In this document: positions 19,353 through 27,858 of the stretch, piece after piece
Position numbering within the stretch: position 1 is the first letter of the stretch
Layout: each line of letters starts with the position of its first letter
IMG/VR virus record: IMGVR_UViG_3300047491_000541
Direction: 5' to 3' (one strand)
Length of the DNA: 64,000 nt
DNA from: an uncultured virus (IMG/VR IMGVR_UViG_3300047491_000541)
Taxonomy: Duplodnaviria > Heunggongvirae > Uroviricota > Caudoviricetes
Notes under the pieces: generated by a model
What the model was told of the DNA's origin: nothing
The model's database searches: none
What the model saw: the letters and a program-made list of their open reading frames with translations, nothing else
Made by a program: the position numbers and the translations under genes

Positions 19353-19877
19353 TCACTTGGTTTCGATTTCGCCAATTGCCCAGTCGATGACTGCGTCAGG
19401 GCCGTGTTTTGCACGAACGGCGCAGGTGTAAAGTGCGCGTCCCTCGGCGCGGAGCTTGTCGCCCTTGGCGTATAGCTTGTTGCCCTTGGCATGGAGCTTG
19501 CTACCCTCGGAGTGGAGCTTGCTACCCTCGGAGTGAAGCTTGCTACCCTCGGAGTGAAGCTTGCCACCCTCGGCGTGGAGCCTGCCGCTTTCGGCGAGGA
19601 GCGTGTCACCTCTGATGAGGAGCTTATCTCCGTCAGCGCGGAGCGCGCTACCCTCGGAGTGGAGCTTGCCACCCTCTGCGTAGAGCCTGTCGCCCTCGGC
19701 GAGGAGCCTATCGCCTTCGGCATATAGCCTATCGCCTTCGGCGTGAAGCTTGGTACCTTCGGCGCGGAGCTTGCTGCCCTCGGCGTATAGCCTGCTGCCC
19801 TCTGCGTAGAGCCTGTCGCCTTCAGAGCGGAGCTTGGTGCGTGCTGCCCACGCTTCTTGAATCGGTTCGTGTTTCAT
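19353..19877 (-). CDS. heptad-repeat array protein 10
   Basis: 174 aa, perfect SEGSKLH tandem runs. Confidence 0.85.
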   Translation of the reverse strand: MKHEPIQEAWAARTKLRSEGDRLYAEGSRLYAEGSKLRAEGTKLHAEGDRLYAEGDRLLAEGDRLYAEGGKLHSEGSALRADGDKLLIRGDTLLAESGRLHAEGGKLHSEGSKLHSEGSKLHSEGSKLHAKGNKLYAKGDKLRAEGRALYTCAVRAKHGPDAVIDWAIGEIETK

Positions 19878-19911
19878 CTACTGCCTTCTTATCGGTTAGG
19901 GTCAGTTGGGT

Positions 19912-20379
19912 TCAGTTGGTTTCGATTTCACCGGTTATCCAGTCGATACTGGACTCAGGGCCGTACTTTACAATAACGGCATTGCGGTAGAGCTTGTTGC
20001 CTTCGTCGTGGAGTCTGCTACCCTCAGCGCGGAGTCTACGACCTTCACCGTAGTGTCTGCGACCTTCGGCGAAGTGCGTGCCGGCTTCGGCGCTGCGCCT
20101 GCTGGATTCGTCGCGGAGTCTGCTACCCTCGGAGCGGAGTCTGCTACCCTCGGCTGTGAGTGCGGGCTTATCGACCTCGGCACAGAGCTTGTTGCCCTCG
20201 GCGCGGAGCTTGTTGCCTTCGTCGTGGAGCCTGCCGGCTTCGGCGTAGAGCCTGTCACCTTCGGCGAAGCTTTTGCTGATTTCGGCGAAGTGCTTGTCGG
20301 CTTCGACGCTGAGTTTGTCGCCTTCGACGTGTAGCTCGTTGCGTGTTTTCCATGCGTCTTGAATCGGTTCGTGTTTCAT
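19912..20379 (-). CDS. heptad-repeat array protein 11
   Basis: 155 aa, family termini. Confidence 0.85.
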   Translation of the reverse strand: MKHEPIQDAWKTRNELHVEGDKLSVEADKHFAEISKSFAEGDRLYAEAGRLHDEGNKLRAEGNKLCAEVDKPALTAEGSRLRSEGSRLRDESSRRSAEAGTHFAEGRRHYGEGRRLRAEGSRLHDEGNKLYRNAVIVKYGPESSIDWITGEIETN

Positions 20380-20401
20380 GGAGACTTCTTATCAGTTAGA
20401 T

Positions 20402-20716
20402 TCAGTTGGTTTCGATTTCGCCGGTTTCCCAATCAATGACCGCAGTAGGCCCATACTTTGCGAGAACGGCAGCGCGGTAGAAATCGCTGCCTTCGACGCG
20501 GAATCGGCAACCTAAGGCGATAAGCTTGTCGCCTTCGACGAGGAGTTTGTCACCTTCGACGCGAAGCTTATCGCCTTCGACACGGAGATTGTAGCCTTCG
20601 AAGCGGAGATCATCTCCTTCAGCACGTAGCTTACCACCCGCTGCGCTGAGATTGTAGCCTGTGAAGTAGAGCTTATTGCGTGTTTTCCATGCGTCTTGAA
20701 TTGGTTCGTGTTTCAT
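20402..20716 (-). CDS. heptad-repeat array protein 12
   Basis: 104 aa, family termini. Confidence 0.85.
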   Translation of the reverse strand: MKHEPIQDAWKTRNKLYFTGYNLSAAGGKLRAEGDDLRFEGYNLRVEGDKLRVEGDKLLVEGDKLIALGCRFRVEGSDFYRAAVLAKYGPTAVIDWETGEIETN

Positions 20717-20750
20717 CTACTGCCTTCTTATAAGTTGAGTTCAGGGGTTG

Positions 20751-21212
20751 TCAGTTGGTTTCGATTTCGCCAGTTTTCCAATCAATAAATTGATTGGGGC
20801 CGTGTTTTTCAATAACAGCATCACGGTAGAGCTGGTTTCCTTTGGCGTAGAGCTTGACGTTTTTTGCGATGAGCGCGTCGCCTTTGACAAAGAGCTTGCA
20901 GCCTTTGGCGATGGACTTGTAGCCTTTGGCAAGGAGCCCGTAGCCTTTGACAAGGAGCTTGGCGCTTTCGGCACGGAGTCTATTGCCTTCGTCGCGGAGT
21001 CTGTTGCCTTCGGCGAGGTACTCGTTGCTTTCATCGATAAGCCTCTCGCCTTCGGCGAGGAACCTGTCGCCTTCGGCGTGTAGCTTGTAGCCTTCGGCAA
21101 TGAGCTCGTTGCTTTCGGCGAAGAGCTTGACGCTTTCTGCGCTGCGCTTGACGCCTTCGGCGAGTAATTCGTTGCGTCTTTCCCATGCATCTTGAATCGT
21201 TCCGTGTTTCAT
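20751..21212 (-). CDS. heptad-repeat array protein 13
   Basis: 153 aa, family termini. Confidence 0.85.
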   Translation of the reverse strand: MKHGTIQDAWERRNELLAEGVKRSAESVKLFAESNELIAEGYKLHAEGDRFLAEGERLIDESNEYLAEGNRLRDEGNRLRAESAKLLVKGYGLLAKGYKSIAKGCKLFVKGDALIAKNVKLYAKGNQLYRDAVIEKHGPNQFIDWKTGEIETN

Positions 21213-21224
21213 AACGTCTCCCTA

Positions 21225-21770
21225 TCACTTGGTTTCGATTTCACCGGTTGTCCAGTCAATGACCGCATCAGGACCGTGCTTTGCGTGAACAGCATCACGG
21301 TAGAGATTGTCGCCTTTTGCAAAGAGCCCGTAGCCTTTGGCGTAGAGCGCGTCGCCTTTGGCGAGGAGCCCGTAACCTTCGGCGAGGAGCTCGTCGCCTT
21401 TGACAAGGAGCTTGCTACCTTGGGCAACGAGTCTGTAGCCTTTGGCAAGGAGCCTGTAACCTTTGGCAATGCGCTTGTCACCCTCGGCGTAGAGCTTATA
21501 GCCTTTGGCGCGGCGCTCGTAGCCTTCGGCACGAAGCTTGTAGCCTTCGGCACGAAGCTTGTTGCCTTCGGCGCGGAATTTGTTTCCTTCTACGTGGAGC
21601 TTGTTTCCTTCGTCATAGAGCCTGTCTCCTTCGGCGCGAAGCCTGTTGCCTTCAGCGTAGTGGTTGTTGCTTTCATCGAAGAGCTTGTCGCCTTCGACGC
21701 GGAGTTTGTTCCCTTCGGCGTGTAATTCGCTTCGTGTTTCCCATGCGTCTTGAATTGATTCGTGTTTCAT
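21225..21770 (-). CDS. heptad-repeat array protein 14
   Basis: 181 aa, family termini. Confidence 0.85.
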   Translation of the reverse strand: MKHESIQDAWETRSELHAEGNKLRVEGDKLFDESNNHYAEGNRLRAEGDRLYDEGNKLHVEGNKFRAEGNKLRAEGYKLRAEGYERRAKGYKLYAEGDKRIAKGYRLLAKGYRLVAQGSKLLVKGDELLAEGYGLLAKGDALYAKGYGLFAKGDNLYRDAVHAKHGPDAVIDWTTGEIETK

Positions 21771-21779
21771 GGTGTCTCC

Positions 21780-22001
21780 TTATCGGTTCGGCGGCAGCGA
21801 TGCTCCCATGCAGTTTGGGCACACGTATCGCCAAGAATAGGTCTCGCTCGGTGAAAACAGGCCGTGATACCCGCAACCCAGACAGGTCATGCGTCGGCGA
21901 CGTGACCGCCAAACAAGCCCATCGACGGGACGGCTCATAGCGCGTCCTTCTGGGCAAAGGTTCTTCCCCGGTCCTGCGTTTGGTGCCTGTCCGATGTTCA
22001 T
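21780..22001 (-). CDS. small CxxC..CxxC zinc-ribbon-like protein (cassette-borne)
   Basis: CLGC..CPNC; GGAGGG RBS inside the attC loop. Confidence 0.55.
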   Translation of the reverse strand: MNIGQAPNAGPGKNLCPEGRAMSRPVDGLVWRSRRRRMTCLGCGYHGLFSPSETYSWRYVCPNCMGASLPPNR

Positions 22002-22034
22002 TTCCCCTCCATGAGCCGCCCGTCATGGGCAGCG
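21787..22034 (+). mobile_element. attC gene cassette inserted at an array junction
   Basis: Begins after G of GTTCGGC (21786) and ends at G of GTTAGAT (22034); removing it restores the normal junction. Confidence 0.8.
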
Positions 22035-22040
22035 TTAGAT
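21908..22040 (+). repeat. attC-like recombination site (133 bp)
   Basis: R'' GCCAAAC; arms GCCCATCGACGGGACGGCTCAT / ATGAGCCGCCCGTCATGGGC with two extrahelical bases; R' GTTAGAT. Confidence 0.85.
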
Positions 22041-22502
22041 TCACTTGGTTTCGATTTCACCAGTTTCCCAGTTGATAACCACATTAAGGCCATGTTTGCA
22101 GATCGCGGCATTGTGATAAAACCTGTCGCCTATGGCACGGATCCTGCTACCTTCGTCGAGGAATCTACGACCCTCGGTATAGAGAGTGTCGCTTTTGGCG
22201 CGAAGCCCATCGCCTTCGGCACGGAGCCTAATGCCTTCAGCGCGAAGCTTGACGCCTTCAGCGTGAAGGCTGTGGCCTTTGGTTCTGAGCTCGTCGCCTT
22301 CGGTTAGGAGTCTACGACCTTCGATGCCGAGCTCGGCGCCTCTGGCGATGAGCGCGTCGCCTTCGCCGTAGAGCCTATTGGCTTCGGCGTAGTGGGTGTT
22401 ATTTTCATCGATGAGCTTGTCGCCTTCTACGCGAAGCTTGTCGCCTTCGGCGTGGAATCCGTTGCGAATTTCCCACGCATCTTGAATCGTCTCGTGTTTC
22501 AT
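22041..22502 (-). CDS. heptad-repeat array protein 15
   Basis: 153 aa, family termini. Confidence 0.85.
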   Translation of the reverse strand: MKHETIQDAWEIRNGFHAEGDKLRVEGDKLIDENNTHYAEANRLYGEGDALIARGAELGIEGRRLLTEGDELRTKGHSLHAEGVKLRAEGIRLRAEGDGLRAKSDTLYTEGRRFLDEGSRIRAIGDRFYHNAAICKHGLNVVINWETGEIETK

Positions 22503-22530
22503 GGTGTCTCCTTATTGGTTGAGTTCGGGG

Positions 22531-22845
22531 TTACTTGGTTTCAATTTCACCTGTTGTCCAGTCGATGACTGCATCAGGGCCATACTTTGCGAGAACGGCA
22601 GCGCGGTAGAAATCGTTGCCTTCGACGCGGATCTTGTGGCCCTCGGCGATGAGCTTGGCGCCCTCGGCACGATGCTCGTCGCCTTTGGCGAGGAGCTTGT
22701 CGCCCTCGGCACGACGCTCGTCGCTTTTGGCGAGGAGCTTGTCGCCCTTGGCACAGCGCTTGAAACCCTCGTCGCGGAGCTTGACGCCCGCGGCGTAGAA
22801 TTCGTTGCGTGCTTCCCATGCATCTTTGATCGGTTCGTGTTTCAT
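22531..22845 (-). CDS. heptad-repeat array protein 16
   Basis: 104 aa, family termini. Confidence 0.85.
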   Translation of the reverse strand: MKHEPIKDAWEARNEFYAAGVKLRDEGFKRCAKGDKLLAKSDERRAEGDKLLAKGDEHRAEGAKLIAEGHKIRVEGNDFYRAAVLAKYGPDAVIDWTTGEIETK

Positions 22846-22867
22846 AACGTCTCCTTATCAGTTGGGT

Positions 22868-23434
22868 TCACTTGGTTTCGATTTCACCGGTTGTCCAGTC
22901 AATGACTACGTCATGGCCGTACTTTGCGTGAACAGCATCGCTGTAGAGATTGTCGCCTCTGGCGCGAAGCCTGTTTCCTTCGGCGAGGAGTTCGTTGCTT
23001 TCATCGATGAGCTTGTAGCCTTCAGCGTTGAGCTTGTCGCTTTCGGCGTGGAGCTTATTCCCTTCAGCGTGAAGTCTGTAACCTTCAGCGTGGAGGTTGA
23101 CGCCTTCGGCGATGCGCTTGTTGCTTTCATCGATTAGCGCGTCGCTTTTGGCGCGAATCACGTCGCCTTCGACGCGGAGCGCGTTGCATTTGGCGCGTAG
23201 TCTGCTACCTTCGGTGAGGAGTCTGCAACCTTCGGCAAGAAGCGCGTCTCCTCTGACGAGGAGCTTGTTTCCTTCGTCATAGAGCCTGTCTCCTTCGGCG
23301 CGAAGCCTGTTGCCTTCAGCGTAGTGGTTGTTGCTTTCATCGAAGAGCTTGTCGCCTTCGACGTGGAGCTTGTCGCTTTCGGCGCGTAATTCGCTGTATG
23401 TTTCCCATGCGTCTTTGATCGGTTCGTGCTTCAT
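22868..23434 (-). CDS. heptad-repeat array protein 17
   Basis: 188 aa, family termini. Confidence 0.85.
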   Translation of the reverse strand: MKHEPIKDAWETYSELRAESDKLHVEGDKLFDESNNHYAEGNRLRAEGDRLYDEGNKLLVRGDALLAEGCRLLTEGSRLRAKCNALRVEGDVIRAKSDALIDESNKRIAEGVNLHAEGYRLHAEGNKLHAESDKLNAEGYKLIDESNELLAEGNRLRARGDNLYSDAVHAKYGHDVVIDWTTGEIETK

Positions 23435-23456
23435 GGTGTCTCCTTATCGGTTGAGT

Positions 23457-23729
23457 TCAGTTGGTTTCGATTTCACCAGTTTCCCAGTTGATACTGGATT
23501 CAGGTCCGTGTTTTTCAATAACGGCATCGCGGTAGAGCTTGTCTCCGTCAGCGCGGTGTCTGCGACCTTCGGCATAAAAGCTGCTGCTTTTGGCGAGGAG
23601 ATTGTCGCCTTCGGCGTGAAGTCTGTTACCTTCGGTGACGAGCTTGTTGCCTTCGGCGCTGCGCTCGTCGCCTTTGGCGTGTAATTCGTTGCGTGTTTCC
23701 CATGCGTCTTGAATTTGCCCGTGTTTCAT
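23457..23729 (-). CDS. heptad-repeat array protein 18
   Basis: 90 aa, family termini. Confidence 0.85.
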   Translation of the reverse strand: MKHGQIQDAWETRNELHAKGDERSAEGNKLVTEGNRLHAEGDNLLAKSSSFYAEGRRHRADGDKLYRDAVIEKHGPESSINWETGEIETN

Positions 23730-23740
23730 CTACTGTCTCC

Positions 23741-24112
23741 TTATCGGTTTGGATTCAATTGGACTCCGATTTCGCCGGTTGACCAATCGATGACTGCATC
23801 AGGGCCGTGTTTTTCAATAACAGCACAGGTATAAAGTACCCGCCCTTCGGCGTGGAGCTTAGTGCCCTCGGCGTAGAGCGCGTCGCTCTCAGCTCGGAGT
23901 TTGTCACCCTCAGCGCGGCGTTTGTCCCCCTCGGCGCGAAGCTTGTCGTCCTTGACACAGAGCTTGGTACCCTTGGCACGGAGTGCGTCGCCTTCGGCGT
24001 GGAGCTTGTCACCCTCGACACAGCGCTTGAAGCCCTCGGCGCGGAGCTTGTCGCCCTCGGCGCAGCGCTTGTTGCGAATTTCCCACGCATCTTTAATCGT
24101 CTCGTGTTTCAT
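23741..24112 (-). CDS. heptad-repeat array protein 19
   Basis: 123 aa; C-terminus runs into the junction (GEIGVQLNPNR). Confidence 0.8.
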   Translation of the reverse strand: MKHETIKDAWEIRNKRCAEGDKLRAEGFKRCVEGDKLHAEGDALRAKGTKLCVKDDKLRAEGDKRRAEGDKLRAESDALYAEGTKLHAEGRVLYTCAVIEKHGPDAVIDWSTGEIGVQLNPNR

Positions 24113-24140
24113 GGTGTCTCCTTATTGGTTGAGTTCGAGG

Positions 24141-24455
24141 TCACTTGGCTTCGATTTCGCCAGTTGCCCAGTTGATACTAGACTCAGGGCCGTACTTTGC
24201 AAGAACAGCATGACGGTAGAGCCCGTCGCTTATGTCGTGGAGTCTGCAACCTTCTGCGAGGAACTTGTCGCTTCTATCGAGGAATCTGCGACCTTCGGCG
24301 GTGAGCTCGTCGCTTTTGGCGCGGAGTGCGTCGCCTTTGGCGAGGAGCTTGCATCCTTCGACGTAGAGCCTGTCACCTTCAGTGCTATGCCTGTCGCCTT
24401 CAGCGCGGAGCTTGTTGCGTGTTTCCCATGCGTCTTGAATTTGCCCGTGTTTCAT
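24141..24455 (-). CDS. heptad-repeat array protein 20
   Basis: 104 aa, family termini. Confidence 0.85.
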   Translation of the reverse strand: MKHGQIQDAWETRNKLRAEGDRHSTEGDRLYVEGCKLLAKGDALRAKSDELTAEGRRFLDRSDKFLAEGCRLHDISDGLYRHAVLAKYGPESSINWATGEIEAK

Positions 24456-24469
24456 CTACTGTCTCCTTA

Positions 24470-25045
24470 TCAGTTAGTCACTTTGGTTTCGATTTCGCCA
24501 GTTGCCCAGTTGATACTGGATTCAGGGCCGTACTTCGCACAAACAGCATCGCGGTAGAGATTGTCGCATCCGACGAGAAGCCTGTTTCCGTCAGCGAGGA
24601 GTCTGCGACCTTCGGCATGGAGCGTGTCGCTTTTGGCGATAAGCGCGTCGCCCGCAGCGCGGAGCCTGTTACCTTCGGCGAGGAGCTTGTCACCTTCAGT
24701 GCGGAGTCTGCGACCTTCGGCGAAGTACTTGTTGGCTTCATCGATGAACACGTCGCTTTTGGCGCGAAGCGCGTCGCCCGCAGTGCTGAGCCTGTCGCCT
24801 TCGGCGCGGAGTCTGCGACCTTCGCCGTTAAGTTTGCAACCTTCGGCAAGAAGCGCGTCTCCTCTGACGAGGAACTTGTCGCCCTCGGCAATGAGCTTGT
24901 CGCCTTCGGCGCGAAGCCTGTTGCCTTCAGCGTAGTGGTTGTTGCTTTCGACGAGAAGCGCGTCGCCTTCGACGCTGAGCTTGTTGCCTTCGGCGTGTAA
25001 TTCGCTGCGTCTTTCCCATGCGTCTTGAATTTGCCCGTGTTTCAT
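24470..25045 (-). CDS. heptad-repeat array protein 21
   Basis: 191 aa (188 + VTN extension). Confidence 0.85.
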   Translation of the reverse strand: MKHGQIQDAWERRSELHAEGNKLSVEGDALLVESNNHYAEGNRLRAEGDKLIAEGDKFLVRGDALLAEGCKLNGEGRRLRAEGDRLSTAGDALRAKSDVFIDEANKYFAEGRRLRTEGDKLLAEGNRLRAAGDALIAKSDTLHAEGRRLLADGNRLLVGCDNLYRDAVCAKYGPESSINWATGEIETKVTN

Positions 25046-25069
25046 CTACTGTCTCCTTATCAGTTAGAT

Positions 25070-25363
25070 TCACTTGGTTTCGATTTCGCCAGTTGCCCAG
25101 TTGATAACCGCATTAGGGCCATACTTTTCGAGAGCAGCTTTGCGGTAGAGCTTGCTTCCTTCGTCGCGGATCGCGTCGCCTCTGGCAATAAGCCTATCCC
25201 CGTCAGCACGGAGCTCGTCGCTTTTGGCGAGGAGCTCATAGCTTTTGGCGAGGAGCTTGTCGCCTTCGAAGCTGATCTTGTTGCCTTCAACACAGAGCTT
25301 GTTCCCTTTGGCGCGGAGCTTGCTGCGTGCTGCCCATGCTTCTGTGATTGGTCCATGTTTCAT
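25070..25363 (-). CDS. heptad-repeat array protein 22
   Basis: 97 aa from MKHGP. Confidence 0.85.
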   Translation of the reverse strand: MKHGPITEAWAARSKLRAKGNKLCVEGNKISFEGDKLLAKSYELLAKSDELRADGDRLIARGDAIRDEGSKLYRKAALEKYGPNAVINWATGEIETK

Positions 25364-25364
25364 C

Positions 25365-25667
25365 TTATGATACCCTCCCATTAGAACGAGCCGCATCTAC
25401 CTTCTGACGATCACGAAGCCACTGCTCGTGTTCCTCTGCAGCCTTCCGTTTACGCTCCTCAGAGGCCAGCAGAGCCTCACGGTCATACTCTTGCACTGGC
25501 ATTGGAGACCCTACCCGACACGTCCGCCAGTGATCCGCCCAATTCTTCTGACGCATCGTCAAACCACAGGCACACTTGACGACGAGCTCGTCCAAGCGAT
25601 TCTGCTCCAGAACACTCTTTCGATTATCCATAAACAACCCTTTTCTCGGAATCTCCCTCACATCCAT
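25365..25667 (-). CDS. hypothetical protein (CxC..H..C possible Zn site)
   Basis: ORF directly after a promoter motif; KCACG..DHWRTC. Confidence 0.55.
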   Translation of the reverse strand: MDVREIPRKGLFMDNRKSVLEQNRLDELVVKCACGLTMRQKNWADHWRTCRVGSPMPVQEYDREALLASEERKRKAAEEHEQWLRDRQKVDAARSNGRVS

Positions 25668-25693
25668 ACATTACCGGAAATCGGTTAGAATAA
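25668..25693 (-). promoter_or_regulatory. conserved phage promoter-like motif upstream of the heptad array
   Basis: TTATTC-N12-GGTAATGT. Confidence 0.7.
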
Positions 25694-25952
25694 GGAAGAA
25701 ATTTATAGATAGACGAGATTGCGTAACCCGTTGGAACATAACACAATACGACTCAAAACTATGCCGACAGCACAATCTCCTGCCGGATAAGCACCGCCTC
25801 CATCCGACGATGACAGGCTTCAATTTGCTCATCCAGGTTGCCTTTCCGTCTAGCCTCATCCTGCTCGTCCTGTAATCGGAGAATTCGCCTATCGATCCGA
25901 GCGATAATGGCATCAACCTTTTTTTGATCGTTCATATAATACCTCTCAAAAG

Positions 25953-26249
25953 TCAATCCTGAATCATATTCCATCGTCCACGTTCAACGCCCTTGGTGTC
26001 GAACATCACAACGTCGAATCGTGCCTTTCCAGATAAATCTGGCGGCTTACTGACGAGAGCGATCTGCCCAATTGTGTAATCGGGCGTTCCGTCTTGTTTG
26101 TTCATCCCGTCTCCGACTTTCCAGTGAGGGTCTTCAACGTCAACATCCGGGACATCAGGACAACCATCTCCATCTTCAACAGGCTCCTCCAGCGGTGGTA
26201 TGGCGAATCCAATAGGCGGGCTTTCAAACTCTTCTTTAAGAAGTTTCAT
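25953..26249 (-). CDS. hypothetical protein
   Basis: 98 aa, AAGGAG RBS. Confidence 0.6.
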   Translation of the reverse strand: MKLLKEEFESPPIGFAIPPLEEPVEDGDGCPDVPDVDVEDPHWKVGDGMNKQDGTPDYTIGQIALVSKPPDLSGKARFDVVMFDTKGVERGRWNMIQD

Positions 26250-26258
26250 GCTTCTCCT

Positions 26259-26612
26259 TCACTGATGTTTCTTCAGAATTTCATCGAGCTTGCTCTGCAC
26301 GACTGCCAGATGCCCACCACTCTTAGTCCCATGCTCGATGCGACAGTTGACCTCAGTCCTGAGACGCAGCACATCCTCACGGAGACTATCGTAAGTAGAC
26401 TTTTTGTTGCCACGATCCGCATATTCTTTGAAAATGCGTAGCCAGTGGTCGCTTCCCTCACCAATGGGAGTCTGCGACCAAGTGAAGCCACACAGAATAG
26501 CCATGCTGAAGGAGATGACTAAACGATCAGCCTGACCAGGATCTAGGTTTTTCAAAAGTTTACTGCGAAGAGGCTCTTCGGCTGACTCAAACCACACTTT
26601 AATTGTTTTCAT
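26259..26612 (-). CDS. hypothetical protein
   Basis: 117 aa, AAGGAG RBS. Confidence 0.65.
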   Translation of the reverse strand: MKTIKVWFESAEEPLRSKLLKNLDPGQADRLVISFSMAILCGFTWSQTPIGEGSDHWLRIFKEYADRGNKKSTYDSLREDVLRLRTEVNCRIEHGTKSGGHLAVVQSKLDEILKKHQ

Positions 26613-27036
26613 ACATCTCCTTCATATACTGGGTTAATTTTCTTCTGCCATTCCTCAAACCGATATTGTGCCGTCAATGCCTCAACGACCTGTTCGACAA
26701 CATCAGAACGCCATCTGCCGCTGCGAGCGTTGTCAACATGGCGAACCGCCTTTGGGCGGTTGTCCGCCCGTCAACGTCGTGTTATCAATATAGGCGGCAC
26801 GATAAGGCCACCATATGACATGAAACCATGCTCGCAACCACGCCATCCAGAAAAACGGATATGCCCCAAGCGGGTACGTGTAGCCTTCCCAAAACGTGCC
26901 GGGACCACCAACCTGTCCGGTAACAGAAAACTTGCGAACAAGAGTCTTCATGCTCTTGTGCAGAAAGAAAAGCGGGACAGACCAACCACCAGCTTTATTC
27001 CCTACGACAATCGCCCCCTTGCTCAGAGGCTGGACT

Positions 27037-27264
27037 TCATCCTTTTTCCGCCATCGCATCTTGAATATCCTCCCGTCGTTTCTGTCGCATGATTTTAACC
27101 CATTTTTCCTTCTCACTCCGCTTCCACCGATCACTCCCGATAGGCATCTCGTCCGTGGTGACTGCCCTTTTGTGATCATAATCCCAGACATGCTCGACGG
27201 TCTTCCCGTCGGAGGTCACCTTGATCCCGCCTAACAGCTTACAGATTCTAGCCAGACCACCCAT
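27037..27264 (-). CDS. hypothetical protein
   Basis: 75 aa, GAGGA RBS. Confidence 0.5.
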   Translation of the reverse strand: MGGLARICKLLGGIKVTSDGKTVEHVWDYDHKRAVTTDEMPIGSDRWKRSEKEKWVKIMRQKRREDIQDAMAEKG

Positions 27265-27456
27265 TATAAACGATCCTCACACCTTCTCAACTGTTCGGCA
27301 GCAATTCGTAACGCACAACACGGCGCACGTCGCTGATTCCCTTGCGAATCGCCGTCCATTCATCCTGTTCTGGCTCCACCCAGATTGTTTTCCACCCACC
27401 ATTAGGTTGCACAAATCCATCTATGTGCTCTCCCGCAAGGAGTACACGGATAGAAT

Positions 27457-27529
27457 GCCCAACAAGACGATTGAGTTGACCTTCATTCCTCGCTGCGCTC
27501 ACTTCGCACCCTCAGCTTCCACGTTGGCG
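27457..27529 (+). repeat. attC-like site
   Basis: R'' GCCCAAC (6/7 complement of GTTCGGC at 27293), TGAG/CTCA arms, R' GTTGGCG; loop resembles that of 52221. Confidence 0.65.
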
Positions 27530-27839
27530 TAAAAGACCAAAGCGTTTTATCTGCCCTCATGGTCTCATGTACGGATCGTGGTGTTGTGAACACCTGTAAC
27601 CGATTTATGCCCTGCGTCCAGCACCCTAACTCGCACCCGTTCGCGTCCTCAAAATATACGCAAGGACCGTCTACCATCTGCTGACCAGTTATGCTCCACC
27701 GCCTGTCACGTAGGGTAACGACCGATACGCGGTGCACGGGCATTTGAAGTTCGCCTCGCATAAATACCAAAGCGTTGCCCCACGTGGGAACGTCATCATA
27801 TAACTTACCGTAGCTACGTTCCTCAATCAGCTTACACAT
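27483..27839 (-). CDS. cassette-borne hypothetical protein
   Basis: 118 aa between two attC-like sites. Confidence 0.55.
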   Translation of the reverse strand: MCKLIEERSYGKLYDDVPTWGNALVFMRGELQMPVHRVSVVTLRDRRWSITGQQMVDGPCVYFEDANGCELGCWTQGINRLQVFTTPRSVHETMRADKTLWSFTPTWKLRVRSERSEE

Positions 27840-27858
27840 ATCATCACTCCCTCGGAAC

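Larger units (their letters stand above)
15332..25363 (-). repeat. tandem array of 22 paralogous heptad-repeat genes
   Basis: Each unit reads MKH(E/G)xIQDAW...(AEGxKLx)n...LYRxAVxxK(H/Y)GPxxxI(D/N)WxTGEIET(K/N). Confidence 0.95.
15218..25412. repeat. 41-44-bp direct repeat bracketing the heptad-gene array (15218-15261, 25372-25412)
   Basis: accctcccatYagaacgagccgcatctaccttc(cgc)tgacgatc; one mismatch plus a 3-nt indel. Confidence 0.9.

Noticed and set aside
15332..25363. Diversity-generating retroelement explanation (variable codons are mostly NNC/NNY)
   Set aside because: No reverse transcriptase or invariant template repeat in the window, and variation also hits G, C and T positions and repeat number; not excluded if an RT lies elsewhere
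15332..25363. CRISPR array reading of the conserved junction sequences
   Set aside because: The 'spacers' are 230-570-bp paralogous coding sequences, not unique 30-40-nt spacers
15380..25384. Long + strand and alternate-frame ORFs over the array (VAFGEEL.., PKATSS..)
   Set aside because: By-products of a stop-free 21-nt repeat; they lack RBSs and conserved termini, whereas the MKH..GEIETK frame has both
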